Source: Lentisphaeria bacterium (lineage in GTDB: Bacteria > Verrucomicrobiota > Lentisphaeria > Victivallales > UBA1829). From it: a stretch of 38,552 bases of DNA. The notes under the pieces were generated by a model, which was not told the DNA's origin, searched no databases, and saw only the letters and a program-made list of their open reading frames with translations. Every line of letters begins with the position of its first letter. The stretch's first letter is position 1. The translations under genes and the position numbers were made by a program. Where the stretch lies: NCBI GenBank assembly GCA_017524965.1, contig JAFXUM010000190.1, positions 1-38,552 on the forward strand, written 5' to 3'. Shown here one piece after another: positions 24,922-33,353 of the stretch.

Positions 24922-27528
24922 TCATTTCCCGCTGCCGCCGACCGATTCGTGACGGCGGATCCGCTGGATCTTTTCCGCATACTCCAGACCTTCCCTGTCC
25001 TCGGGGAAATAGATCAGGAGATACTTGACATTATCCTGAGCGGAAAGATAGCGCTCCTTGGCGAAATCGGCCTTGATCTGCGCACGGACCGCCCTGGACC
25101 AGAGGTCAAGCATCTTCTCCGGGAAGGATGCCATGTATTGCGGGAATTTGAGCACATCAACGGCGTCCTGATACTGCCCGGCCTCGAAAAGGCGCTTTCC
25201 GTAGATATACCGCGACAGCAGGTCGTTCCGGTTCTCCTCCCACGCCGTCCGGGCACAGGCAAGCGCATTGTCCGCGTCGCCTTTCCCCCGGTACAACTCG
25301 GAAAGGTTGATATTGACCAGGGCCTTGTCCGGGTAGGTGTTCCGGATGGAAAGATAGCGGTTGAACGCGGCGTCGTTCCGGCCGTTTCCGGCCAGACGGG
25401 ACGCGGCATGGAAGACAAAGAACGGATCGTCCGACGGGCTCTTTTCGAACAGGTCGAGCGCCTGGTCCTTTTTCCCCTCGGAAAGAAGGATTTCGGCCCG
25501 GACGAACGGGATCGCCATGCGGTTCGGGGAATCCGCCGGAAGGTTTTCGAGCCATTTCCCGAACGATTTCAGGGAATCGGAATAGCCGTTTTCGGCGCAG
25601 TACTCGAAATAAACATAGACCATGAAGCCGTCTTTTTCCTGCTCGACGATCAACCGGAATTCCTTCTGGGCATCTTCCTTGCGTCCGAGCTGGTCCAGCG
25701 CGAGCATGTGCAGGATCCGCATGGTCCTGCGGGTCTTTTCCGGAACGCCGTCCAGCTCATTGAACTCGGAAATATACTCCATGGTGCGGGCGGGCTGTTT
25801 CCGGGACAGGGAATACTCCGCCGCGATCTTCAGCAGGACCGGGTCGCCGGGGAAGGTCTTCAGCGCGGCCTGAAGTTCATCTCCGGTCATGATGTTTCGC
25901 TTGTAATGGTCAAGCAGGATGATGCGCCGGAGAAACGAGACGTCGTCGTCCGGTGTCTCGATCAGGGCGGCGATCCCGGCATACATGGTCAGGAGATCGG
26001 GATCGTTGACGGAATCCGTCCCGGCCTTGACCGTAAGATACTGAAGAGCCGCTGTCCGGGCGCGCGCCTGAAAATCCATGAAGGAACCGCCTTTCATGAT
26101 CTTTCCCAGCGTCAGCTGGATGTCCTTCGGGGAATCGATATGGATCGCCATCTGGAGTTTTATGAGGGAGGAAAGCGGCGTTTCGATCGTGGACCCGGAT
26201 TCCAGCATCGCAGTCTGAAGACGTTCGTTGTCCCCGTCGTTGAACGCGGTCAGGGCATCCAGGTACGAAGCGATCACTTTCGACTGGCGGCCGCGCAGAC
26301 GGCGGATCCTGTCCGCCAGAGGCGGGATCAGTTCCGGCTGACCGTTCAGGACGCAGCTTTCCCCGTACAGGACCGGCATGGACGCATTGACACGGCTTTT
26401 CAGGAATTCGTCGCAAATGCGGATCACGTCGTCGAAACGTTCGTGCAGGAAATAATAGTTGGCAAGCAGAGGCGCGCCCGCGTAGTCGTTCAGCTCGACG
26501 GCCTCCAGCAGAAGACGTTCCATCTTTTCGTCCGATTCGCGGTCGTGCTGTTTTGAAAGGAAATACAGCAGGACATTGCCCATTTCAAACCGGACCTGCG
26601 GATCCTTGATCTGGTCGAGGGAGGCAAGATGGTTCTGCATCTGCTCCTTGTTCATCTCGGCGCCGTTCAGCAGCAGATCGGCGAAGCGCCCCCGTTCCGA
26701 TTCGGTGAAATACTTCGGATTCGCTTTCTTCCTCTCCGCGTAGAAGCTTTTCCCGTTCGACACATGCCCGGAATGCAGCGCCGCGATCAGATAGAGCGCG
26801 CCTTCTTCCGGCGGCAGGTCGGGATTCTCCATGACTTTCAGGTTGAGAATGGAGTAGATCGAGCCGAAGTTTCTGGCGCGGAACGCGCTTTCCAGGAAAT
26901 CGTGGAAATACTCCTCGTTCAGCGGATTCAGGCGCATGATCCTCTGACGGAAAAACGACTCGTTGCCCCAGTCGCGGTAATGACGGTAGATGTCCGCCAT
27001 CGCCGCCACCGCGTCCTCTTTGTTCGGGTCTTCGTTGATCACCTTGATAAACAGGTCTTTTGCGGCCTCGTATTCGCCCGCCTCGTACAAGGCGGAAGCC
27101 CGCGCGTAGTCCCTGTATTTGCCGATGTCCCTCAGCGCGTAATACAGACTGCCGCAGATGCAGAGCAGGACGACCAGGAAAAAGAGACTCAGGATCAGGA
27201 TGCGTTTCGGAGTCAGACGGATGCCGCCGACCTTGACGCTCCGGACGATCTTCTTTTTCTCGTTCTTTTCATGGTCGAAAAGCATGGAAAAACGGGGATC
27301 GTTCCGGTACATCTCCTCAAGTTCCGCGCGGCTCAGGCGCTGCGAGGACGACACCTGCTCGTTGTCCCCGGCGTTCTCCCCGCTGTCTTCGGGGACGCCG
27401 TGCGCTTCATCTCCGGGAGTGTTTCCTCCGGCGACAGAAACAGAGTACCGGTTTTCATCCCGGTACTCTTCCTTCAAATCGGCGGACGCCGGTCCGCCCT
27501 TTCTGTCTTTTTCGGGTTCTCCGCTCAT
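24922..27528 (-). CDS. Large membrane-anchored TPR-repeat protein
   Basis: Acidic N-terminus, one TM (ILILSLFFLVVLLCICGSLYYAL), TPR-like helices (ASALYEAGEYEAAKDLFIKVINEDP; YGKRLFEAGQYQDAVDVL). Start overlaps the upstream stop (ATGA). Confidence 0.82.
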   Translation of the reverse strand: MSGEPEKDRKGGPASADLKEEYRDENRYSVSVAGGNTPGDEAHGVPEDSGENAGDNEQVSSSQRLSRAELEEMYRNDPRFSMLFDHEKNEKKKIVRSVKVGGIRLTPKRILILSLFFLVVLLCICGSLYYALRDIGKYRDYARASALYEAGEYEAAKDLFIKVINEDPNKEDAVAAMADIYRHYRDWGNESFFRQRIMRLNPLNEEYFHDFLESAFRARNFGSIYSILNLKVMENPDLPPEEGALYLIAALHSGHVSNGKSFYAERKKANPKYFTESERGRFADLLLNGAEMNKEQMQNHLASLDQIKDPQVRFEMGNVLLYFLSKQHDRESDEKMERLLLEAVELNDYAGAPLLANYYFLHERFDDVIRICDEFLKSRVNASMPVLYGESCVLNGQPELIPPLADRIRRLRGRQSKVIASYLDALTAFNDGDNERLQTAMLESGSTIETPLSSLIKLQMAIHIDSPKDIQLTLGKIMKGGSFMDFQARARTAALQYLTVKAGTDSVNDPDLLTMYAGIAALIETPDDDVSFLRRIILLDHYKRNIMTGDELQAALKTFPGDPVLLKIAAEYSLSRKQPARTMEYISEFNELDGVPEKTRRTMRILHMLALDQLGRKEDAQKEFRLIVEQEKDGFMVYVYFEYCAENGYSDSLKSFGKWLENLPADSPNRMAIPFVRAEILLSEGKKDQALDLFEKSPSDDPFFVFHAASRLAGNGRNDAAFNRYLSIRNTYPDKALVNINLSELYRGKGDADNALACARTAWEENRNDLLSRYIYGKRLFEAGQYQDAVDVLKFPQYMASFPEKMLDLWSRAVRAQIKADFAKERYLSAQDNVKYLLIYFPEDREGLEYAEKIQRIRRHESVGGSGK

Positions 27529-28181
27529 GCCTGTACGGCGCCGACGGCACGGCGTCTGCGGTTACGGTAGAGCAGGAACACGGCGCCTGCGCCAAGGGCC
27601 ACGAGCAAAGACACCGTGGAAGCGGGCAGAGGTTCGCCGATGACGAGGATCTCGATCGTGCCGTCGAAAGGCTTTTCCGAGAAGTCAAGCTGGAAGAACC
27701 CGTCCGCATTGTATCCGGCATAGTATCCGGGATCGGCCGCGACGTTGAGCGAAACCGTACTGCCCGAGAAATCGGAGCCGTTCGCATTGGAGCCGTATCC
27801 GAAACGGATGGTGTCGTCCTTGTTGAACTTTCCGAGGGAGATCGAGGCAAGCTGCTCATTGTCGAGAGAAACGACCTCGGCATCGTTCATGGCGTCCTTC
27901 AGGGAAACAAATTCGCTCCCGTTCCGAAGATATCCGAAATCCTTGTTGTTTTCGTTCTGGGACGCCTGCGCCAGATTGTCCTTCAGGGACACATCGGACG
28001 AACCCATGACAAGAAGCTTCAGGTTTTCGGACACGCTGGAAGACAGCTGGCCGTCCTGAAAAGAAACTTTTCCCAGGGCGGTATAGTTTTCGGGCGCGGC
28101 TTCTTCATCGGCCGCGGAAACGGCCAGTCCGCCAAAGGAAAGAGCAAGTGCGAGAGCAGCGGCAAATAATGTTTTGTTCAT
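27525..28181 (-). CDS. Secreted protein with PEP-CTERM/VPLPA-CTERM-like C-terminal sorting signal (GEPLPA)
   Basis: Signal peptide MNKTLFAAALALALSFGGLAVSA; tail GEPLPASTVSLLVALGAGAVFLLY-RNRRRR; AGGAG SD before ATG 28181. Confidence 0.78.
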   Translation of the reverse strand: MNKTLFAAALALALSFGGLAVSAADEEAAPENYTALGKVSFQDGQLSSSVSENLKLLVMGSSDVSLKDNLAQASQNENNKDFGYLRNGSEFVSLKDAMNDAEVVSLDNEQLASISLGKFNKDDTIRFGYGSNANGSDFSGSTVSLNVAADPGYYAGYNADGFFQLDFSEKPFDGTIEILVIGEPLPASTVSLLVALGAGAVFLLYRNRRRRAVGAVQA

Positions 28182-28298
28182 GTTTTTCTTCTCCTGTTCA
28201 GATGCCGGATACGCCTGTTTCAAATCCCGGCGTCATCCGGCGGACAGACTTCACTGTCTGCGGGTTGCTGTCTAAAAAACAAAAAAACGTTGTCCGTA

Positions 28299-28326
28299 AA
28301 AATAGCTCTTTTTTTCTATTTTTCAA
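28299..28326 (-). promoter_or_regulatory. sigma70-type promoter for the GEPLPA-TPR-U32 run
   Basis: TTGAAA-N16-TATTTT in an AT-rich intergenic region. Confidence 0.45.
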
Positions 28327-28392
28327 GTATTCCCGTTAGAAATTAATCCAAAAAAACGAAAAAAAGATGCGGTTCGAGGCGGAACGGGAAAA

Positions 28393-29292
28393 TCACTCGC
28401 AGAAGAACTCGAACCGGAGGAACACCGGACCGTCGTCGCCGGAGGAAGGTTCTCCGCGCAACAGGAACAGCTCGAACGCGCCGTCCGTTTTCGTCATGCT
28501 CATGTCGAACATGCCGGCGGATTCCAGGCGGATGGTGGTGAAAAGCGAATTGCCGCGGCTTTCCGTATCGACCGAGACGCCCGGCACGTCCAGCGCGGTC
28601 AGGTCGCGCCGGATCGACTCCAGCATGCGCATGGCGTCGAACGCGGGATCCCCGTGAAGGGGTATCCGCCGCATCCCGCCGTCGTCGGCCCCGAAGAAAA
28701 ACGGAACGGGGATGCGTTCGTCCTCGGGGATCGCGTCAAGCTCGGCGGGGATCAGCGCCGGATCGATGTCGATCGCATATTTCCGTTCCGTGGGCGAGTT
28801 GGAAACGAGACGCGCCCGGACATAGTCGCCGGGGTCCGGCTCCGCGGCAAACGTTCTCACTGGCAGGGAGGAAGGACGCCCGGGCTCGGCAGAGACGACG
28901 TGCGGACGCGCGTTCTTCGTCCGGTTCGCATCCATCTGGTCCATCAGGAGATACACGAAGAATCCGCTCAGGATGAACAGCGCGGCGATGCGGAAGATCC
29001 AGGCCGCGCGGGAGTCGGAGAAATCGCGTTCGCGGGGGGCGACGGGCGGGAGTCCGGCGGATTCCGCACGGACATACGCCGCGATCCGGGCGTTCATGCC
29101 GGGATCCGGCTCGGACGCGACGGCGCGCGACAAAGCTCCGCGGATCGTTTCGTAATCCGCGAGCCGCCGCACGCAGTCCGGACACGAACCGAGGTGCGCG
29201 CGTACAGACTCGTCCGGCTTGTGTTCGCCGTCGAACACCGCCGATATCGTTTCCAAATCCGGGCAGCCGGGAGAAGTCGCCTTATCGTTCAT
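28393..29292 (-). CDS. Zinc-binding (ZAS/zf-HC2) transmembrane anti-sigma factor
   Basis: CPDLETISAVFDGE...HLGSCPDC (HxxxCxxC); TM WIFRIAALFILSGFFVYLL; directly downstream of the ECF sigma gene. Confidence 0.85.
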   Translation of the reverse strand: MNDKATSPGCPDLETISAVFDGEHKPDESVRAHLGSCPDCVRRLADYETIRGALSRAVASEPDPGMNARIAAYVRAESAGLPPVAPRERDFSDSRAAWIFRIAALFILSGFFVYLLMDQMDANRTKNARPHVVSAEPGRPSSLPVRTFAAEPDPGDYVRARLVSNSPTERKYAIDIDPALIPAELDAIPEDERIPVPFFFGADDGGMRRIPLHGDPAFDAMRMLESIRRDLTALDVPGVSVDTESRGNSLFTTIRLESAGMFDMSMTKTDGAFELFLLRGEPSSGDDGPVFLRFEFFCE

Positions 29293-29336
29293 TTCTTTGC
29301 CTCAAATGGGGGTTGCGGCTGTTGAAGCTGTCGAAC

Positions 29337-29966
29337 CTATTGTTGAACGCCGCCCGGGGACGGGAGGATCCCGACGGCGGCGAGGTAATCGCGGAGCATT
29401 TCGCGGCCGCGCGACAGCCGGGATTTCACGGTCCCGACCTTGCAGTCCAGTTTCTGCGCGATCTCCTCGTACGGCATGTCGTTCACGTGCCGCAGCACCA
29501 TGGTCTCGCGGAGATTGTACGGCAGGCTGTTCAATGCTTTCATGATATTCGTTCCGATTTCGTTCTGTTCCAGGACCAGGTCCGGTTCCATCCGGCGGTC
29601 CGGCACGTCTTGTTCGTTTCCCGGACCGGAATCGTCGTCGGGGCCGTCTCCGGCGGTCAGGCTCACGTTCAGGCCGCTTCCGCGCCGGTGGTTCCACTGG
29701 TACTTGTTCCGGGCCAGGTTCAGGGTGATGCGATGAAGCCAGGTCTCCAGGCTCGAATCGCCGCGGAACGCCTGCAGAGCGCGGTACGCACGCAGAAACG
29801 TATCCTGCACGACCTCCTCGGCGTCCTGACGGGACCCGAGTATCGCGTAGGCCACTTTGTACAGCTTCGCGGAGTACAGCCCGATCAGGCCGTCGAACGC
29901 GGTGTCGTCGCCGCTTCGGAAGGCCTTCAGGAGCGCCTCTTCACGAGTCTTCTGTTCCTGTTCCAT
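29337..29966 (-). CDS. ECF RNA polymerase sigma factor (RpoE/SigW-like)
   Basis: Region 2 DAEEVVQDTFLRAY..F.GDSSLETWLHRITLN; region 4 YEEIAQKLDCKVGTVKSRLSRGR. Confidence 0.95.
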   Translation of the reverse strand: MEQEQKTREEALLKAFRSGDDTAFDGLIGLYSAKLYKVAYAILGSRQDAEEVVQDTFLRAYRALQAFRGDSSLETWLHRITLNLARNKYQWNHRRGSGLNVSLTAGDGPDDDSGPGNEQDVPDRRMEPDLVLEQNEIGTNIMKALNSLPYNLRETMVLRHVNDMPYEEIAQKLDCKVGTVKSRLSRGREMLRDYLAAVGILPSPGGVQQ

Positions 29967-29983
29967 CGCTGTCCCTGTGTTTT

Positions 29984-30011
29984 ACAGACAATTCATTTGC
30001 CGTTTTGTTCC
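29984..30011 (-). promoter_or_regulatory. Putative autoregulatory ECF (sigmaE/AlgU-like) promoter
   Basis: gGAACAA-N16-TCTGT immediately upstream of the sigma gene. Confidence 0.6.
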
Positions 30012-30060
30012 GCGAAATCTGCATTTTTTCCGCTTTTTCCCGCGAAATGCCCGGAAAAAC

Positions 30061-30666
30061 TTATTTCCGTTTCATTTCCCGGCGGTATTTCCGGATCTTT
30101 TCCAGCACCTCGTCGCGCATCTTGAACGCGTCCTTCAGGAAATCGTCGCGGATCGCGTCCGGGAACTTCTCGTATTCGCCGATCAGCTCGTTGAGGTCGG
30201 CGAGGAACCGCTTCGTGAGCGCGATGCGGAACGTGACGAGTTCGCCGTCCTCCAGACGCAGCACGTCCAGAGACCGCGCCATCAGTTTCCCGAGCAGCGT
30301 CAGCGCCCGCATCATGGCGCGCGCGGCGTCCTGGTCCCGCTCCACGGCGAAATACTCGGTCAGGTCGATCGCCATGTGGGACGCCGCCGTGTACACGTCG
30401 CTGCCGTCGCGGTGCCGCACGAAATCCTCCTCCGGCACGTCGTCGTAATCGTCGTCATCGTAGTCGTCCTGCGGCGCGTCGAAATCGTCGTCCCAGGAGG
30501 ATCCGCGTCTGCGGATGCGCTTCGAGATGACTTTGTCCTCGTCCGGGAGGTCGATGTAGCGCGGGAGTTCGACGAGGTAGTCGTGGACCCGGTCGTCGTC
30601 CTTGCGGATCTCCTTCTCCCATTCGAATTCGTCGCGGTAATCGCCGTCGTTGAAGGGGTCGGTCAT
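30061..30666 (-). CDS. Acidic hypothetical protein translationally coupled to rsfS
   Basis: MTDPFNDGDYRDEFEWEKEIRKDD...; the ATG overlaps the rsfS stop (ATGA, 30663-30666). The ORF-track extension to 31068 is spurious. Confidence 0.75.
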   Translation of the reverse strand: MTDPFNDGDYRDEFEWEKEIRKDDDRVHDYLVELPRYIDLPDEDKVISKRIRRRGSSWDDDFDAPQDDYDDDDYDDVPEEDFVRHRDGSDVYTAASHMAIDLTEYFAVERDQDAARAMMRALTLLGKLMARSLDVLRLEDGELVTFRIALTKRFLADLNELIGEYEKFPDAIRDDFLKDAFKMRDEVLEKIRKYRREMKRK

Positions 30667-31133
30667 TCGTCTGCTCCGGAGCCGATGCCCTTTTCGGCCT
30701 GTTTCCGGCGGGCGGCGGCCAGCTTTTCGTGTTCCGCGTCCAGCTTCGCCATGGCGTCGAAACTCGGCACGTCGCCCCAGAGCTGTTCCAGCTGGTAACG
30801 GTCGCGCGTCTCGTTCGTCATGATGTGGATCAGCAGGAATCCGTAGTCCACGATGATCCACTGGCTTTGCGGCGTGCCGTCGACCGTGATCGCATGGATG
30901 CCGAATTCCTCGCGCACTGCCCGCTGGATGCGTTCCGCGATGGCGCCGATATGCGGTTCGGAAAGTCCGGTGCAGATCAGGTAGTAGTCGCCGATCGCGC
31001 CGTCCTGTTTGGTCATGTCGAGCCGGAGGATGTGTTCGGCCTTGTGATCGTAGGCTTCCTTTTCGCACAGTTCGATCACTTCCGTCACTTTGAAGTTCAT
31101 TCTCGGCTTTTTCGTTTCCTGTTCGTCGTTCAT
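30663..31133 (-). CDS. rsfS: Ribosome silencing factor RsfS (Iojap)
   Basis: DHKAEHILRLDM, DYYLICTG.SEPH, WIIVDYG..LIHIM..ETRDRYQLEQLW; typical position after nadD. Confidence 0.93.
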   Translation of the reverse strand: MNDEQETKKPRMNFKVTEVIELCEKEAYDHKAEHILRLDMTKQDGAIGDYYLICTGLSEPHIGAIAERIQRAVREEFGIHAITVDGTPQSQWIIVDYGFLLIHIMTNETRDRYQLEQLWGDVPSFDAMAKLDAEHEKLAAARRKQAEKGIGSGADE

Positions 31134-31137
31134 GTGA

Positions 31138-31776
31138 TTATTCTCCGTTTCTTTGAGGATAAAGTTTGTGTTCTTCGATGTAGTTCAGCACGGGGCCCGG
31201 CAGGAAGTCCCGGCACGCGTCCGCGCCCCGATCAAAAAGGCGCTGCCGCACGGCGGTCGAGCTGGGGTCGAACTCCGGCGCGCCGGTCAGGACACTGTCG
31301 CGAAGCTTTTCGAACAGCTCCGGCGGCCAGACCTTTTTCAGCAGCTCGAAGTCCGCCTCCGCGCCCGGCCTCGGATACGACAGAAACCGGTTTTCGCGCA
31401 CAAGGCGTTCCGCCTCGTACCACAGGTGCAGCTGGTTCAGCGAATCCGTCCCGACCACCCACACGAAATGCTCCGCCGGATACCGTTTCTTCAGGACGTC
31501 CAGCGTGTCGACCGTGTAGGAGGGACCGGGGCGTTCCGCCTCGATCTCGCTCACGCTCATGCCCGGATGCCCCGCGATCGCCGCGCGGAGCATCGCCGCG
31601 CGGTCCGCGAACGGCACGGGCGCAAATCCGTCCTTGTGGGGCGGATGCGGCGCGGGCAGGAAGACGACGCGGCTCACGCGGCCGGTTTTCAGCAGATAAT
31701 CCGCAAGCCCGATGTGCCCGTTGTGAACGGGGTCGAACGTGCCGCCGAAGACGGCTGTCAGGTTTTCTTCACTCAT
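31138..31776 (-). CDS. nadD: Nicotinate-nucleotide adenylyltransferase
   Basis: FGGTFDPVHNGH, PPHK, SYTVDTL, GTDSL..L..W, SSTAVR, YIEEHKLY. Confidence 0.96.
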   Translation of the reverse strand: MSEENLTAVFGGTFDPVHNGHIGLADYLLKTGRVSRVVFLPAPHPPHKDGFAPVPFADRAAMLRAAIAGHPGMSVSEIEAERPGPSYTVDTLDVLKKRYPAEHFVWVVGTDSLNQLHLWYEAERLVRENRFLSYPRPGAEADFELLKKVWPPELFEKLRDSVLTGAPEFDPSSTAVRQRLFDRGADACRDFLPGPVLNYIEEHKLYPQRNGE

Positions 31777-31822
31777 TCGGGTCTTTTTCGGGGTTCTTTT
31801 TGCGGAAATCTTTCATGCGCGC

Positions 31823-31893
31823 TTGCATTCGGGCAATCCCGCGCGTATTTTAAATGCACCCTTTAAACATAGCAGATTCCGCAAAAAAGACAA
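31823..31893. promoter_or_regulatory. Face-to-face sigma70 promoter pair for cca (+) and nadD (-)
   Basis: Plus: TTGCAT-N17-TATTTT (31823-31851). Minus: TTGTCT-N16-TATGTT (31893-31866). Confidence 0.5.
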
Positions 31894-31911
31894 GCCGCAA
31901 TCCGTTTTTTC

Positions 31912-33267
31912 ATGAAAATCTCTTCTTTTCCCGGAGACATCCCGCAGACCCCGCTCTTCGCCGCTGCCTCGAAAGCCGCCGCCGTGCTCCGCGCAGCCGG
32001 ACACAAGGCGTATTTCGTGGGCGGGGCCGTCCGCGACCTCCTGCTCGGACGCACCCCGGACGACGTCGACGTCACCACGTCCGCGCGCCCGGAGGAGATT
32101 CAGGCGCTGTTCGAAAAGGCGATCCCCATCGGCGCGGCGTTCGGCATCATCACGGTCGTCGTCGACGGTATCCCGATCGAGGTCGCGACGTTCCGCGCGG
32201 AACGCGGCTACAGCGACGGCCGCCGCCCCGACCATGTGGTCTACACGGACGACGAGGTCCTGGACGTGACCCGGCGCGACTTCACGATCAACGGGTTGCT
32301 GTTCGACCCGGCGGAACGCACCGTGGTCGACTGCGTGGGCGGGCTCGACGACCTCCGCGCGGGCGTCCTGCGGACCATCGGCGATCCCGTGGTCCGCTTC
32401 GGCGAGGACCATCTCCGCATCCTCCGCCTCGTCCGGTTCGCGTCGCGCCTCGGATTCGAAGTCGATCCCGCCTCGGAACAGGCGGCCGCCGGCGCGGCGG
32501 AAAAACTCCGTCTGATCGCCGCCGAACGCATCCGCGCCGAACTCGAAAAGATCCTGCTCTGTCCGCATCCGGCGGAGGGATTCGAGATGCTCGCGCGCCT
32601 CGGCATCCTGCGGGTCGTCCTGCCGGAAGTCGACGCCATGCGCGGCGTGGAACAGCCGAAGCAGTACCACCCGGAGGGCGACGTCTTCGTCCACACCATG
32701 CTCCTGCTCCGACACGCCGCCTGGCGCACCCCGGACCTCATGTGGGCCGCCCTGCTCCACGACGTCGGCAAGCCCGGCACGCAGACGTTCAAGGACGGCG
32801 TGCCGCATTTCTACGGACACGAAACGCTCGGCGCGGACATGGCGGCGGACATCCTCGCGCGCCTGCGCTTCTCGTCCGCCTCGGCCGAATCGATCACCGC
32901 CGCCATCCGGCATCACATGCGGTTCGCGTCCGTCCACGCCATGAAAAAAGCCAAGTGGATGCGGATCATCGCCGATCCGAATTTCCCGCTCGAACTCGAG
33001 CTGCACCGCCTCGACTGCATCGCGTGCCACGGACTGCTCGACAACTACGTCCTCATGCTCGACCGCATGCGCGAATACGCCAAACTCCCCGCCCCGCGCA
33101 AGCCGTTCCTGAACGGCAACGACATCATCGCGCTCGGCGTGAAGCCCGGTGCCGTCTTCAGCCGCATCCTCAGCGAGGCGGAAGACCTCCGGCTCGAGGG
33201 CGAACTCCAATCGCGCGAGCAGTCCCTCGAATGGCTCCGCGCCCGCGTCGAACACCTCGACCTCTGA
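31912..33267 (+). CDS. cca: CCA tRNA nucleotidyltransferase with HD domain
   Basis: VGGAVRDLLLG..PDDVDV, EVATFR, RRDFTING, EDHLRILR, ERIRAEL, HPEGDVFVHT, LLHDVGKP; lacks the poly(A) polymerase G[RK][RK]F motif. Confidence 0.9.
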   Translation: MKISSFPGDIPQTPLFAAASKAAAVLRAAGHKAYFVGGAVRDLLLGRTPDDVDVTTSARPEEIQALFEKAIPIGAAFGIITVVVDGIPIEVATFRAERGYSDGRRPDHVVYTDDEVLDVTRRDFTINGLLFDPAERTVVDCVGGLDDLRAGVLRTIGDPVVRFGEDHLRILRLVRFASRLGFEVDPASEQAAAGAAEKLRLIAAERIRAELEKILLCPHPAEGFEMLARLGILRVVLPEVDAMRGVEQPKQYHPEGDVFVHTMLLLRHAAWRTPDLMWAALLHDVGKPGTQTFKDGVPHFYGHETLGADMAADILARLRFSSASAESITAAIRHHMRFASVHAMKKAKWMRIIADPNFPLELELHRLDCIACHGLLDNYVLMLDRMREYAKLPAPRKPFLNGNDIIALGVKPGAVFSRILSEAEDLRLEGELQSREQSLEWLRARVEHLDL

Positions 33268-33292
33268 AAGCATACAATCAAGCCATAAGGAA

Positions 33293-33325
33293 ATCCCCTT
33301 CGGACCGGTTCAGCCTGAAGGGGAT
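33293..33325. terminator. Hairpin between convergent cca and PL11 genes
   Basis: ATCCCCTTC/GAAGGGGAT inverted repeat. Confidence 0.6.
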
Positions 33326-33353
33326 CATGCGTTTTGAAAACCGTTTTTTTCGC

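Noticed and set aside
28241-28270. Second ECF-type promoter (GCAAC...GTCTG) upstream of the GEPLPA gene
   Set aside because: Spacing is 14 nt rather than the 17 seen at the sigma gene; the segment is better explained as a small hairpin.
31912-33267. Poly(A) polymerase or defence-type nucleotidyltransferase
   Set aside because: It lacks the PAP signature and has the standard CCA-enzyme plus HD layout in a housekeeping context.
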